64,000 bases of DNA from an uncultured delta proteobacterium (lineage in GTDB: Bacteria; Desulfobacterota; RBG-13-43-22): NCBI GenBank assembly GCA_963802945.1, contig CAWDKY010000030.1, positions 241,046 through 305,045 of the forward strand. Reading direction: 5' to 3'. Numbering within the stretch: the stretch's first letter is position 1; each line of letters opens with the position of its first letter. A program made the translations under genes and the position numbers. Under the pieces are notes generated by a model. The model worked only from the letters and a program-made list of their open reading frames with translations. It ran no database searches and had not been told where the DNA came from. Shown one piece after another: positions 30,471 to 41,597 of this stretch.

Positions 30471-31108
30471 ATGTTGGGGTCGGACCGGGCCAAGGGATTA
30501 AATCCTCAAAGAATTATGCAAGAAATGATGGGTAAAAAAGGCCTTAAAGCCAACTTTTTACCCCCAAAAAGTAGCTTCTAAACGTAAGATTTTTTACATT
30601 TGGCGAGACATTGTTGAATGTTTGCATTGGCATTTTATGGCCCGAACAGGCCTCGAAGAAATCGAACCGTTTTGAATTCGAAGTAGGTTAAAGGCCAAAC
30701 GGATAAAAGTAAGGAGGAATGATGTCCATTCGCATTGTCAGACTCGGCTCTCCCCGGGAAGCCGGAGAAGGGATTCGTCTCGGGACGGTTCGGCGGCCAC
30801 CGCGGGGGGTCCCTAAATCAGAGTATGCCAAACGCGATTTTTATGATGCCTGGCTGCCCCTTCTTTCTCCAAGCGAAGAGTTGTTAAAAGAAGGAAAGCT
30901 ATCCCTTGAAGGTCGGGCCTGGGCTGTTTTTAAGAGGAAGTTCCTGGCGGAAATGAACCGACCTGATCCGCGCAAGGTCTTGGACCTTTTAGCAGCTTTT
31001 TCTCAGCAAACCCATTTTTCGTTGGGATGCTATTGCGAGAATGAACACCGCTGCCACCGATCGATCTTGAGAGAGTTGCTTTTGGAGCGCGGAGCGAAGG
31101 TGGTTTAG
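30471..31108 (+). repeat. 638-bp direct repeat (spacer plus DUF488 gene); second copy 36028-36665
   Basis: Constant 5557-bp offset from the spacer start to the stop codon. Confidence 0.95.
30719..31108 (+). CDS. DUF488 (YeaO-like) protein, copy 1
   Basis: GTVRRPPRGV, WLPLLSPS, CYCENE..CHRS. Confidence 0.85.
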   Translation: MMSIRIVRLGSPREAGEGIRLGTVRRPPRGVPKSEYAKRDFYDAWLPLLSPSEELLKEGKLSLEGRAWAVFKRKFLAEMNRPDPRKVLDLLAAFSQQTHFSLGCYCENEHRCHRSILRELLLERGAKVV

Positions 31109-31274
31109 TAAGTGAAAAGTCGGGGGCGCCGTTAACTTATCAGAATTTAACAGCGCCCCCTAAAACACGATAGAATGGAAAAACAAGAATTAGAGGAAGT
31201 AGTTGACAGTTGCCCCCGATTAAGCGAGTGCTTATATTAACCATTAGAATTCTTTAGTTCGTAGGGAGGAGAAC

Positions 31275-31631
31275 ATGGTGAAATATCTGCTATACGTATT
31301 GAGATGGGTTGTTCTCGCCATACCGGGAGCGTTGTTTTTTAACAAAGCGAAAGAATTGCTGGGTATTGATAATGTGTACATGGTTATGATAATTAGCCAG
31401 GGCGTGATGGGCGCTATGGTCTATTTTCTCGACAGGCTGATTTTTACATCTGGCGCAATACCCATACCATGGGAAATAAAACCCCGCGGCGTCTGTGCCG
31501 ACTGCGGACGTGTGGGGAAATGCTACAGAGTGGCTGGAGAGAGATGCTGCGAGGTACGTGATAAGGCAACCGAAGAAGGATTTATATGCGAAAAATGCGC
31601 TGTAAAAAAGATACAGTACATAAATGATTAA
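31275..31631 (+). CDS. Small membrane protein with Cys-rich C-terminus
   Basis: Two TM segments; CADC..CEKC. Confidence 0.65.
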   Translation: MVKYLLYVLRWVVLAIPGALFFNKAKELLGIDNVYMVMIISQGVMGAMVYFLDRLIFTSGAIPIPWEIKPRGVCADCGRVGKCYRVAGERCCEVRDKATEEGFICEKCAVKKIQYIND

Positions 31632-31944
31632 TCGTGTTGAGGTTGGTGTCGCGTAATGCCAAGGGCGCATAGTTCAAAGCTGATAGCTCAAAGTAAAGAA
31701 TAGCTGAAGCGTCTTGGAAAGGAACCTTTTCGGCCTCTGAAGTTGATGTTGGTGTCGGACCAGGCCAAGGAATTCAATTTTCCAAGAATTATAAAAGAAA
31801 TGATGGGGAAAAACAGGCCTTAAACCGGTCTTTTTGGCCTCCAAAAGCAGCTTATAAGCAAACGCTCACCATACCGAAACCATCGAATTGTTAGACCTCG
31901 CAAGCAGCGGCCTAAAGTTGGCCTTTCGGTTTCTGCTTTTCCCC

Positions 31945-31973
31945 TTGCCCCGGTCTTTTTCTTGCCTTATACT
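31945..31973 (+). promoter_or_regulatory. Portable sigma70 promoter M3 (copies also at 35320, 42235, 44260, 46277, 47082, 48026)
   Basis: TTGCCC-CGGTCTTTTTCTTGCCT(17)-TATACT, each upstream of a + strand ORF. Confidence 0.8.
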
Positions 31974-32035
31974 TATTCTATCAAAAAGCAATTCTTATCA
32001 AATTTGGAAGAGGAATTGTAAAAAGGTAGGTTAGT

Positions 32036-33112
32036 ATGATGAAAATGGAACCCGGTTTCAGGACCAATTTTGAAACAGGCATGTACCGGCCGCCCAGTGA
32101 GGGAGGGAGTTATTCCCTGCTGATCCGGTTTACGCGAAACTGCCCCTGGAACCAGTGCACTTTTTGCAGTATGTATAAAAATGAAAAGTTTTCCTTTCGG
32201 TCTGCAGAGGAAATAAAGAGAGACATCGAGGCCATAAACGCCCTTTGTGCCGGTTTGATGACCATTTCTTTGGAACTTGGCTTCAAAGGAGAAATCAACA
32301 GGGCCGTGGTCATCGAGATGGTCAATAGAGACCCGGAGCTGACGAACAGCCATGGATTTTACATGGTCTTAAATTGGATCCAGGCCGGAGGAAAAACTGC
32401 CTTTCTCCAGGATGCCAACAGCCCAACCATGCCAACCGAAACACTGGCCGGGGTACTGAAAACCTTAAGGGAAACCTTTCCATCCCTGGAAAGAGTGACC
32501 TCTTATGCCCGGTCTAAAACCCTGGCCCGCAAAAGCTTGGATGATTTGAAAGCCATTCGGGCAGCGGGTTTGGACCGGCTGCATGTCGGTTTGGAAACCG
32601 GAGATGATGTCCTCTTGAAAATGGTTAAAAAAGGCGTTACCAGCCAGGAGCATATCGAAGGAGGAAGAAAGGCCATGGAAGCCGGGTTTCAACTATCCGA
32701 ATACTGGATGCCGGGACTTGGAGGAAAAGCATTATGGGAAGGACACGCCCGTAATACGGCCCGCGTTCTCAATGCCATCAACCCCCATTACATACGATCC
32801 CGCCCTTTCGTCCCGTCCCCGGGAAGCCCCATCTGGGAGGATATTGAAAGCGGTGCTTTGCAAATCCTGACTATTGAAGAACAACTGAAAGAACTCTCAG
32901 TGATGATCGAGAAACTGGAAGTCACCTCCAATGTTTGCTTTGACCATGTCGGCAATTACTGGCGAAATCGAAGGGGGCATCTATTGTTCACCCAGGATTA
33001 TGAGGGGTATCGGTTCCCGGCAGAAAAATCCAAAGTCCTGGCCTTGATCCAGGAAGGCATCGAGGCTCAAAAAAAAGTTCCCCACAACATTGGTAAAGGC
33101 TTGTCTCTCTGA
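32036..33112 (+). CDS. Radical SAM protein
   Basis: YRPPSE, CPWNQCTFC (CxxxCxxC), GLETG. Confidence 0.9.
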   Translation: MMKMEPGFRTNFETGMYRPPSEGGSYSLLIRFTRNCPWNQCTFCSMYKNEKFSFRSAEEIKRDIEAINALCAGLMTISLELGFKGEINRAVVIEMVNRDPELTNSHGFYMVLNWIQAGGKTAFLQDANSPTMPTETLAGVLKTLRETFPSLERVTSYARSKTLARKSLDDLKAIRAAGLDRLHVGLETGDDVLLKMVKKGVTSQEHIEGGRKAMEAGFQLSEYWMPGLGGKALWEGHARNTARVLNAINPHYIRSRPFVPSPGSPIWEDIESGALQILTIEEQLKELSVMIEKLEVTSNVCFDHVGNYWRNRRGHLLFTQDYEGYRFPAEKSKVLALIQEGIEAQKKVPHNIGKGLSL

Positions 33113-33314
33113 AAATCAGATGTTGGGGTCGGACCTAGCCAAGGGGTTAAATTTTCAAATAATTATGCGAGAAAGGATGAGTAAAAAGGCCCTAAACCGG
33201 CCTTTTTGGCCTCAAAAAGAAGCTTATAAGCAGACAGGCCGGGGGACAGGTCTATAATCTTGCATATTACTGGATAACCATTCATCTTTGCCCCGATTTA
33301 GGGAGGTAAACAAA

Positions 33315-34160
33315 ATGCTAAAAAAGTTAAAACAAAACAGTGAAAGCACAATCACTATTTATTTAGTTTCGGATGGAAGTGGCGAAACAGCTAAAAGGAT
33401 CGTTAACTCTGTACTGACACAATTTAAAAGTAAACCATTATTAGAGGTCAAGCCAAATATTATTACAACTAAAGAGGCAAGGCAAGTAGTGAATTTAGCA
33501 AAGCGGGATGGTGCGCCAATTTTCTTTACGATGGTTAAATCAGATATCAGAGCAATTATAAAAAGTGAGACGCAAAAAAGAGGGATTATTTCTGTCGATT
33601 TGCTTGGATCTTCACTTAAGGTATTACATAAAATAATAAAGAGTGCGCCGTCTGAAACCCCCGGCTTATCTCAAGAGTTTGAAAAAGAACGTATAAGGCG
33701 AATGCGTGCCATAGACTTTACACTAGAGCATGATGATGGGAAAGATCCAAATGGTTATAAAGATGCTGATGTCGTTCTTGTAGGTGTTTCTCGTGCTTCT
33801 AAAAGTTGTACTGCATTTTATTTAGGTTATTGCGGTATAAAAGCAGCCAATGTTCCAATCCATTATGCTACACCGATCTCCCACGAATTATTGAAATTAG
33901 ATAAAGAGAAGCTTGTGGCACTAACAATAACACCAAGCAGACTTGAAAGTGTTCGAACTATAAGAGCCAAGCAGTTTAAATTTGACATTAAAGATCCCTA
34001 TACTGACAAACGTGAAATTGCAAAGGAGATAAGACATATTAATTTTTTAATCAATAAATATAAGTGGAAGACGGTTGAAGTTTCTTATAAGGCAATTGAG
34101 GAGGTCGCTTGGGAAGTTGGTCGTCGCGTAGGCTTAAATGTGTCATACTTTCCTTTATAA
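33315..34160 (+). CDS. Pyruvate,water/phosphate dikinase regulatory kinase-pyrophosphorylase (DUF299)
   Basis: VSDGSGETA, HDDG, ADVVLVGVSRASK, AANVP; visibly AT-rich. Confidence 0.9.
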   Translation: MLKKLKQNSESTITIYLVSDGSGETAKRIVNSVLTQFKSKPLLEVKPNIITTKEARQVVNLAKRDGAPIFFTMVKSDIRAIIKSETQKRGIISVDLLGSSLKVLHKIIKSAPSETPGLSQEFEKERIRRMRAIDFTLEHDDGKDPNGYKDADVVLVGVSRASKSCTAFYLGYCGIKAANVPIHYATPISHELLKLDKEKLVALTITPSRLESVRTIRAKQFKFDIKDPYTDKREIAKEIRHINFLINKYKWKTVEVSYKAIEEVAWEVGRRVGLNVSYFPL

Positions 34161-34650
34161 AGGTGACTGGCATTGGGGTCACCCATTAAAAGGCCCTGTC
34201 AAGAGAAATAGATTCTCCGTATGCAAGAATGGTCATTTTTTCTTGCCTTTTTATGAGGTCGGACCAGGCCAAGGGGGTGTTTGGGAAATGGGTTGGACAA
34301 GCCCAACGGAATAAATTTTCAAAGAACAATATAAGAAATTATGGGCAAAAAAGGCCTTAAACCGGCCTTTTTGGCCTCAAAAAGAAGCTTTTAAGCAGAC
34401 GGGCCTGAGGTCAGGTCTATCATCTTGCACATTACAGATGGAGAGACGTTGTTGAATTAATTGAATTGGTCTGTTGGGGCCCGAATAGACCAGACAACCA
34501 ACGGCCCAAAGAAGGTTTTTCCTGTGAGGAAGAAATTGGATGATCTTTAATGCCAAAGCACTTATTATCTGCCGGGTAATCCATGAATCGACAAAGATTG
34601 CCTGATTAACTATACTCACCACAAAAACTGATCGTAGAGGAGGTTATCCC

Positions 34651-35208
34651 ATGGACAAGAACGAGAGAGACTCACGGAAGAAAAAAGTCATTGAAGTGCT
34701 GAATAAGGCGCGATCCCTGGAGTTGCGGGCCATCCACCAGTATATGGTCCAGCACTACAACCTCGATGCCCTGGATTATGGGGAGATGGCGGTCAATCTT
34801 AAACTGATCGGCATTGACGAGATGCGCCACGCCGAGATGTTTGCCGACAGAGTCAAGCAGCTTGGTGGTGAGCCTACGACCGATCTGGCGGGAAAGGTAG
34901 AAAAAGGTCAGACCGTAGAGAAGGTGTTCTCCTTTGACGCCGCCCTCGAAGACAATGCCATTGCAGAATACAACCGGTTTGCCGCCGTCTGTCGGGAGAA
35001 TGGCGATGCCATCAGCATGAAGCTCTTTGAGACGATTATCGAGGAGGAGCAGGCACATCTCGACTACTTCGATAACGTAACAGACCACATCAAGAATTTG
35101 GGGCAGGTTTATCTCGCCCAGATTGCGGGCACACCCTCAAGCACGGGCCTCGCACACCAGGGTTTCGTGATTCGTCAGGCAGGCGGGGGATCGCCGAAAG
35201 TGGTATAG
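34651..35208 (+). CDS. Bacterioferritin / ferritin-like protein
   Basis: ELRAIHQY, DEMRHAE, EEEQAH. Confidence 0.88.
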   Translation: MDKNERDSRKKKVIEVLNKARSLELRAIHQYMVQHYNLDALDYGEMAVNLKLIGIDEMRHAEMFADRVKQLGGEPTTDLAGKVEKGQTVEKVFSFDAALEDNAIAEYNRFAAVCRENGDAISMKLFETIIEEEQAHLDYFDNVTDHIKNLGQVYLAQIAGTPSSTGLAHQGFVIRQAGGGSPKVV

Positions 35209-35418
35209 GCATTAAGAAGATCGTGTTATGGATTGGCCGACGTTTATCCCGGGCACACCATACTTATATGCTAAGCAACTAACGGCCTAAAGAAGGTTTT
35301 TCGGTTTCTGCTTTTCTCCTTGCCCCGGTCTTTTTCTTGCCTTATACTCTTCCCATCAACAAGTCAATTCTTATAAAATCATCGGTTTTAAATAATAAAA
35401 GAAGGAGGGAGGGCAAGG

Positions 35419-35964
35419 ATGGGCAAATCATCACCTAAGGAGGTTTTCAAAGAACTATTAAAGAGTGAGACAGTGTCTCTGGTCGTCGAACATAAGTTAC
35501 GCGGTGTCACTCCTGAAATGCTGGACTGGTGGTGGGACAACATGGACAACGATAATTATAAGTTATGGAATCCCAAGGACCACATTGCTCTTGAATGGCA
35601 AATCCCACCAAACCAGGTGGGACATGTCGGTGCTATTCATATGGCCTGCGAGAGCATAAGCGACATACCCCCTCAAATCATACGTATCCGATGGGAGGAC
35701 CCAAGTGCGGCGCTCATTACCCCCATTTACAGCCATGTCAATGTGGGCAGTTCCCTTGCCCCCGGCACTGACGACACCCCGCTGGGCAGTGTTGTCCACG
35801 AATATGAAGAGACATCTTACGGGACACAAATGCGCTCCACATTTATTCTTCCCGCGATTGTACCTCAATTTTTCATTGATTTTTTACGTCAGCACAACAT
35901 AGCCGAAATGGGACAATTTCCCGAATTTCTGCCACAACTATATAAGCAGAAAACCGGCCCATGA
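35419..35964 (+). CDS. DAPG hydrolase PhlG-like domain protein
   Basis: GVTPEMLDWWW..YKLWNPKDH..HNIAEM..FLPQLY. Confidence 0.7.
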   Translation: MGKSSPKEVFKELLKSETVSLVVEHKLRGVTPEMLDWWWDNMDNDNYKLWNPKDHIALEWQIPPNQVGHVGAIHMACESISDIPPQIIRIRWEDPSAALITPIYSHVNVGSSLAPGTDDTPLGSVVHEYEETSYGTQMRSTFILPAIVPQFFIDFLRQHNIAEMGQFPEFLPQLYKQKTGP

Positions 35965-36275
35965 TGAAACATGCCATTTGGCCTAAGGTAGTTACGGATC
36001 GGAATAGAAGGGCCGGTTCTCTTTTACATGTTGAGGTCGGGCCTGGCCAAGGGAATTAATCCTCAAAGAATTATCCAAGAAATGATGGGTAAAAAAGGCC
36101 TCATAGCCAACTTTTTACCCCCAAAAAGTAGCTTCTAAACATAAGATTTTTTACATTTGGCGAGACATTGTTGAATGTTTGTATTGGCATTTTATGGCCC
36201 GAACAGGCCTCGAAGAAATCGAACCGTTTTGAATTCGAAGTAGGCTAAAGGCCAAACGGATAAGAGTAAGGAGGA

Positions 36276-36665
36276 ATGATGTCCATTCGCATTGTCAGAC
36301 TCGGCTCTCCCCGGGAAGCCGGAGAAGGGATTCGTCTCGGGACGGTTCGGCGGCCACCGCGGGGGGTCCCTAAATCAGAGTATGCCAAACGCGATTTTTA
36401 TGATGTCTGGCTGCCCCTTCTTTCTCCAAGCGAAGAGTTGTTAAAAGAAGGAAAGCTATCCCTTGAAGATCGGGCCTGGGCTGTTTTTAAGAGGAAGTTC
36501 CTGGCGGAAATGAACCGACCTGATCCGCGCAAGGTCTTGGACCTTTTAGCAGCTTTTTCTCAGCAAACCCATTTTTCGTTGGGATGCTATTGCGAGAATG
36601 AACACCGATGTCACCGATCTATCTTGAGAGAGTTGCTTTTGGAGCACGGAGCAAAGGTCGTTTAG
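36276..36665 (+). CDS. DUF488 protein, copy 2
   Basis: Three amino-acid differences from copy 1. Confidence 0.85.
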   Translation: MMSIRIVRLGSPREAGEGIRLGTVRRPPRGVPKSEYAKRDFYDVWLPLLSPSEELLKEGKLSLEDRAWAVFKRKFLAEMNRPDPRKVLDLLAAFSQQTHFSLGCYCENEHRCHRSILRELLLEHGAKVV

Positions 36666-36731
36666 TCGGGCATAGAAGCCCTGGTCCTTTGGACCAGGGC
36701 ATAGTTCAGTGAATGGGGAGGTTTAATTAAG

Positions 36732-37511
36732 ATGAAAGTTACAGATAAAGTCGTTGTTGTTACGGGTGGCGCTAATGGCATAGGCGCGGCTTTGGGCCGG
36801 CGGTTTGCTCAGGAAGGCGCTAAAAATGTTGTCGTGGCGGATATCGATGAGACTTCAGCAAAAGTCGTGGCCGATGAAATACATGGGGCGGCTTTCAAGT
36901 GCGATGTCAGCCGGGAAGAAGATGTGAAACGGTTAATCCGCTTTACGGAAGAGAAGTACGGACTTATAGATCTTTTTTGCTCGAATGCCGGTATTGGTGT
37001 TATCGGTGGCCTCGAATGTCCCAATGATCAATGGCAACGGATTTGGGAGGTCAATGTGATGTCCCATGTGTATGTGGGACGGGCGATTATTCCAGGAATG
37101 ATCAAACGGGGCGGCGGTGCGCTCATGATCACGTCTTCGGCCGCAGGGCTTCTCAGCCAGATTGGTTCGGCGCCTTATTCCGTTACCAAGCATGCGGCTG
37201 TGGGGCTGGCTGAAAATATCGCCATCACCTACGGCGACCAAGGAATCAAAGTATTCGCTCTCTGTCCCCAAGCCGTGCGCACAGCCATGGCCGGGCCAGA
37301 TGGAGGCGTAGCGGCGGTTGATGGGCTGATGGAACCGGAACAACTCGCCGAAGCTGTTATCGAGGGTTTAAATAAAGAAGAGTTTCTGATTCTGCCTCAC
37401 CCCGAGGTAAAAACTTACATGCAGAGAAAAACAAGCGATTATGAGCGCTGGCTTCAAGGCATGCGACGACTTCAGGCACGTTTTATTGCGGGTGAATCTC
37501 TTAAGAAATAG
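36732..37511 (+). CDS. SDR family oxidoreductase
   Basis: [17 protein letters not shown]. Confidence 0.93.
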   Translation: MKVTDKVVVVTGGANGIGAALGRRFAQEGAKNVVVADIDETSAKVVADEIHGAAFKCDVSREEDVKRLIRFTEEKYGLIDLFCSNAGIGVIGGLECPNDQWQRIWEVNVMSHVYVGRAIIPGMIKRGGGALMITSSAAGLLSQIGSAPYSVTKHAAVGLAENIAITYGDQGIKVFALCPQAVRTAMAGPDGGVAAVDGLMEPEQLAEAVIEGLNKEEFLILPHPEVKTYMQRKTSDYERWLQGMRRLQARFIAGESLKK

Positions 37512-37593
37512 GTTTTTGTCGCAAAGGGGGACCTTGTTGAATTCGTTGTATGAAAAATGTTGAATTCATAAGTGGGCGGAAAGGAGTGGAAAA

Positions 37594-38733
37594 ATGAATT
37601 TTGATTTAACGGAAGAACAACAAATGTTGAAAGAAATGGCCTACAAGTTTGCGGTCACCGAGTTCAAACCGGTTTCACAGGAATGCGATGAGCATGAGAA
37701 ATACACGCCGGAGATCCGAAAGAAGGCGGCCGAAAACGGTCTGGTCGGTTCCTGGATTCCGGAAGAGTACGGCGGCGCCGGGGCTGGTATTATGGGAAAC
37801 TCCATCATTTCGGAAGAATTTTCCAAAATCGACATGGGAATCGGACTGAATATCGTGGCCGCCAGTTTCGGCTGCGAATCCATTCTTCAGTATGGAACGG
37901 AAGAACAAAAGAAGACCTATCTGCCCTTAGTCTGTGCAGGCGAAAAGGTCAGTGCCGGGGCTTTCACGGAACCTAATGCCGGCACCGATGTGGCGGGATA
38001 CAAGACCCGGGCGGTCAAGGACGGCCGTGATTATGTGATTAACGGCAATAAAATGTTTATCACCAATGGATCGGTTTGCGATTTCATGCTGGCTCAGTGC
38101 ATCACTAATCCGGAGGAAAAAAAGCACAACAGTTTCAGCCTGATCATTGTTCCTGCCGACGCTAAAGGCATTACCAGAAACAAGATCAAAGGGAAGCTGG
38201 GGATCCGCTCCAGCGATACGGCCGAGATCGCTTTCGAAGATGTAAGGGTTCCCCAGAGCAATCTGGTAGGTAAAGAAGGACGCGGTTTTATTGAATTGAT
38301 GCATTTCTTCGATACTACCCGGATCATGATAGCCGCCCAGGGTCTGGGTCTCAGTGAAGCTTGTTTGGAAGCGAGTATCCGATATGTGAAAGAAAGGACC
38401 GCATTCGGCTCGACCTTGGGGTCCTTTCAACTCACCCAGAAGAAGCTTACGGAAATGGCCATCATGATCGAAGCCCTGCGAGGTCTGGTTTATAAGTCCG
38501 CCTGGCTGATTGACGAAGGTCGTCCCGATTACTATTTAGCCGCCATGGCAAAATTCTACGGCGGTCAGACGGCGGTCTTTTGTGCCAATTATGCTGTGGA
38601 GCTTCACGGCGGCTATGGGTATATCGAAGAATATCCCGTTCAAAAGTGGTATCGCGACGCCAAGATTTTAGAGCTTTACGAAGGGACCAAGGAAGCGGAA
38701 ATCATGACCATCGGCCGGAAATTACAAACCTAA
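37594..38733 (+). CDS. Acyl-CoA dehydrogenase
   Basis: FTEPNAGTD, NKMFITN, HGGYGY, RDAKILELYEGT. Confidence 0.93.
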   Translation: MNFDLTEEQQMLKEMAYKFAVTEFKPVSQECDEHEKYTPEIRKKAAENGLVGSWIPEEYGGAGAGIMGNSIISEEFSKIDMGIGLNIVAASFGCESILQYGTEEQKKTYLPLVCAGEKVSAGAFTEPNAGTDVAGYKTRAVKDGRDYVINGNKMFITNGSVCDFMLAQCITNPEEKKHNSFSLIIVPADAKGITRNKIKGKLGIRSSDTAEIAFEDVRVPQSNLVGKEGRGFIELMHFFDTTRIMIAAQGLGLSEACLEASIRYVKERTAFGSTLGSFQLTQKKLTEMAIMIEALRGLVYKSAWLIDEGRPDYYLAAMAKFYGGQTAVFCANYAVELHGGYGYIEEYPVQKWYRDAKILELYEGTKEAEIMTIGRKLQT

Positions 38734-38957
38734 AAGGATTGTTGAGTCGTGACCTGCGTTAATTGGGGTCGGGCCATGCGAACGGATTGAAAGCATAAAG
38801 AAAAAGATAAAAACTGAGGGTTGAAAATGGCCTTAAAGCTACCGTTTTACCCATCAAAAAGAAGATTCTAAACGGTTCGATAAATAGTGTTAGCCAGTCG
38901 AAAGTCAGGATTGACCCCAACTTCATGGAGGTTTGAAGCAAAAGAAGGAGGCTGTAA

Positions 38958-40121
38958 ATGGCCGTCGAAATTACACCTATCACGGCAAAACCGTCCCGAG
39001 AAGAACTACAGTCGCGCATCAATGCCGTTCGCTCCCTGATGGCGCAGGAAAACCTCGATTACTACATCTGCACCAATACTGAAAATGTATATTACCTGAC
39101 GAATTTTGCCTACATCCCCTTTGAAAGACCATTTTTCCTGATTATTCCAGCGAACAAGAACCTCCTGATGATCGTACCTGATCTGGAAATCAGCCATGCG
39201 AAGGATCGCCTGCTGATCGATGTCGAATATCACACCTATTATGAGTACCCTGCACCCCAGGGCAGTACTTACGTGGACACCTTAAAAAAACTGATCCCCT
39301 CTGAAAGCATCGTCGGCATTGAGTCCTCTATTTCTCTGGCGTTAAAGGAGATTCTGCCGGGCAGGTTGAAGGTCATCGATATCGTCGATGACCTCCGCCT
39401 GGTCAAAAGCGACTATGAGATCGGCCGTATCGCCCACGCCAGCAGCATTGCAGGAACAGGGATAAAAACCGTTCTGGATATGAGTCAGCCGGGGACGCAA
39501 GAGTTCGCCATCAACTCGGAGGGAACCAGGCAGATGATGGCCAGAGTCGTCTTTGAAATACAGAACCCGAATTTACTGATGACCAGGGCTGTCTGCGCTG
39601 TATGGCCGAAAACGCTATCCAATCAGCCCCATTCCGTACCGGGCATTTTTGATTCGCTTGAGGAGGGGGGACCGAATGTCGTGATTATAACCATTCAGGC
39701 GGACGGCTACTCCGCAGAACTCGAACGGACCTACTTTATCAAATCGGTCCCGCCTGCCGCGCGCGATCCTTTTGAGGCCATGATGGAGGCCAGGGCCCTG
39801 GCTTTTCGGCTGGTGAAACCAGGGGTGCCCGCGGCCTCGGTGGACGAAGAAGTGTTGAACGTCATTAAAAGGTACGGGTATGGACCAAACATTTTGCATC
39901 GCACCGGCCATGGCTTTGGCATTACGGGACACGAACCGCCCTGGTTGGCCCTGGGCAGCGAAACGGTCCTGAAGAAGAACATGGTCATCAGTATTGAACC
40001 GGGAATCTATATCCCAGGACTGGGAGGCTTCCGGCACTCCGACACCGTCCTGGTGACGGATGACGGCTGCGTCTCTTTGACGGACTGGCCTGCCGGTCTG
40101 GAGGATTTGACCTTGCCATAA
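38958..40121 (+). CDS. M24 Xaa-Pro peptidase family
   Basis: HRTGHGFG..HEPP, IEPGIY, GFRHSDT. Confidence 0.92.
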   Translation: MAVEITPITAKPSREELQSRINAVRSLMAQENLDYYICTNTENVYYLTNFAYIPFERPFFLIIPANKNLLMIVPDLEISHAKDRLLIDVEYHTYYEYPAPQGSTYVDTLKKLIPSESIVGIESSISLALKEILPGRLKVIDIVDDLRLVKSDYEIGRIAHASSIAGTGIKTVLDMSQPGTQEFAINSEGTRQMMARVVFEIQNPNLLMTRAVCAVWPKTLSNQPHSVPGIFDSLEEGGPNVVIITIQADGYSAELERTYFIKSVPPAARDPFEAMMEARALAFRLVKPGVPAASVDEEVLNVIKRYGYGPNILHRTGHGFGITGHEPPWLALGSETVLKKNMVISIEPGIYIPGLGGFRHSDTVLVTDDGCVSLTDWPAGLEDLTLP

Positions 40122-40547
40122 TCATCCGTACGGAAACTAGGGACAACAGCGCCCGTTTTTTTCACCAAATCAATTCGTTGGACAATTTGGGGTTCAATGA
40201 TTAAAATGAATTATTATGGATAAGTCGAACCCCCGATCTTTCTTTACCAATCTTAGAGTCACCATGCTATGGCAGAAAAAAATATGGCTTCTTCTTAGAA
40301 ATAATTGGATCAAAATACGGCATGTTCAATCCTGCTGCGGCTATCCGGGTGAGCCCGGCTGTTGACAAACAGAAGAGCATCAGCCTCGGTGAGGCTGAAA
40401 CAGCGTGAGGTCGGTGATCAGGCCTATAATCTTGTACATTACAGAAGGTATGACGTTCTTAAATTAGTTGAATCGGTTTTTTATGGCCCGGAAAAACCAC
40501 GAAAAGGTTTTGCCTGCCTTGTATTAAAAAAAGGAGGATGAGATTCA

Positions 40548-41543
40548 ATGGGAAAGCGATTTTATGTTGTTATCTCTTTATTAGTGGCTATCACCTTTCT
40601 GACCAGCGGGTGCTTAGGGCTGAAGATCAACCTTGGGGGTGGTTCGAAAGAGCCGCTCAAGCAATTCACGCTCCAGGGCAATGAAAGAGGAAAGGTCCTC
40701 ATCATTCCCATAAGGGGGTTTCTCTCCGACGTTCCCAAGAAAGGTCTCCTGGGCGACCGGGCCAGCGTGGTCCAGGAAGTCGTCTCCCAACTCCGGCTGG
40801 CTGAAAAGGATAAAGAGGTCAAGGCAGTGCTTCTGGAAATCAACTCGCCCGGCGGCACGATTACGGCCAGTGATATCCTGTATCATGAAATCATGGACTT
40901 TAAAGAACGGACCAAAACAAAAATTGTGGCCGTTCTGATGGATGTGGCTGCCTCGGGAGGCTATTACGTCGCCCTGCCAGCCGATCGAATCGTGGCCCAC
41001 CCCACCACCATCACGGGGTCTGTGGGGGTGATTTTTATGACCCCCAAGGTAACCGGGCTCATGGATAAACTCGGCTTGTCCGTGGAGGTCAATAAATCCG
41101 GCAGAGAGAAAGACATCGGCTCCTCCTTCCGCCCATCCACCCCGGAGGAACAGAAGATATTCCAGGAACTGACCGATAAGCTGGCTGGGAGATTCCTGGA
41201 TCTGGTGGCCAAGCACCGCAAGATGGACCCCAAGGCCATGACCAGTATCTCCACCGCCCGCATCTACCTGGCCGAAGAGGCCTTGCAACTAAAGCTTATA
41301 GACAGCATAGGGTATTTGGATAACGCCATTTCTGAGGCCAAAGGGCTGGCGAGTCTTTCTAAAGAAGCCAAGGTCGTGATCTATCGCCGCAGCGAATATC
41401 CGAACGACAACCCCTACAACACCTCCCTCTCCTGGTCCAACGAACCAGGGCTGCCTCTAATTGATGTAAACCTACGGGAGTTCATTCCCACCCTTGCTCC
41501 CGGCTTCTACTACCTCTGGACACCAGGGACTATGGGCAATTAA
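40548..41543 (+). CDS. sppA: Signal peptide peptidase SppA (S49), lipoprotein
   Basis: Lipobox TSGC; INSPGG, AASGGYY, TGSVGV. Confidence 0.92.
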   Translation: MGKRFYVVISLLVAITFLTSGCLGLKINLGGGSKEPLKQFTLQGNERGKVLIIPIRGFLSDVPKKGLLGDRASVVQEVVSQLRLAEKDKEVKAVLLEINSPGGTITASDILYHEIMDFKERTKTKIVAVLMDVAASGGYYVALPADRIVAHPTTITGSVGVIFMTPKVTGLMDKLGLSVEVNKSGREKDIGSSFRPSTPEEQKIFQELTDKLAGRFLDLVAKHRKMDPKAMTSISTARIYLAEEALQLKLIDSIGYLDNAISEAKGLASLSKEAKVVIYRRSEYPNDNPYNTSLSWSNEPGLPLIDVNLREFIPTLAPGFYYLWTPGTMGN

Positions 41544-41597
41544 ACTTCCTTCCCAAGCGCCAATGATACCTAAACGGGGGGCATTTAACTTAAGGAG

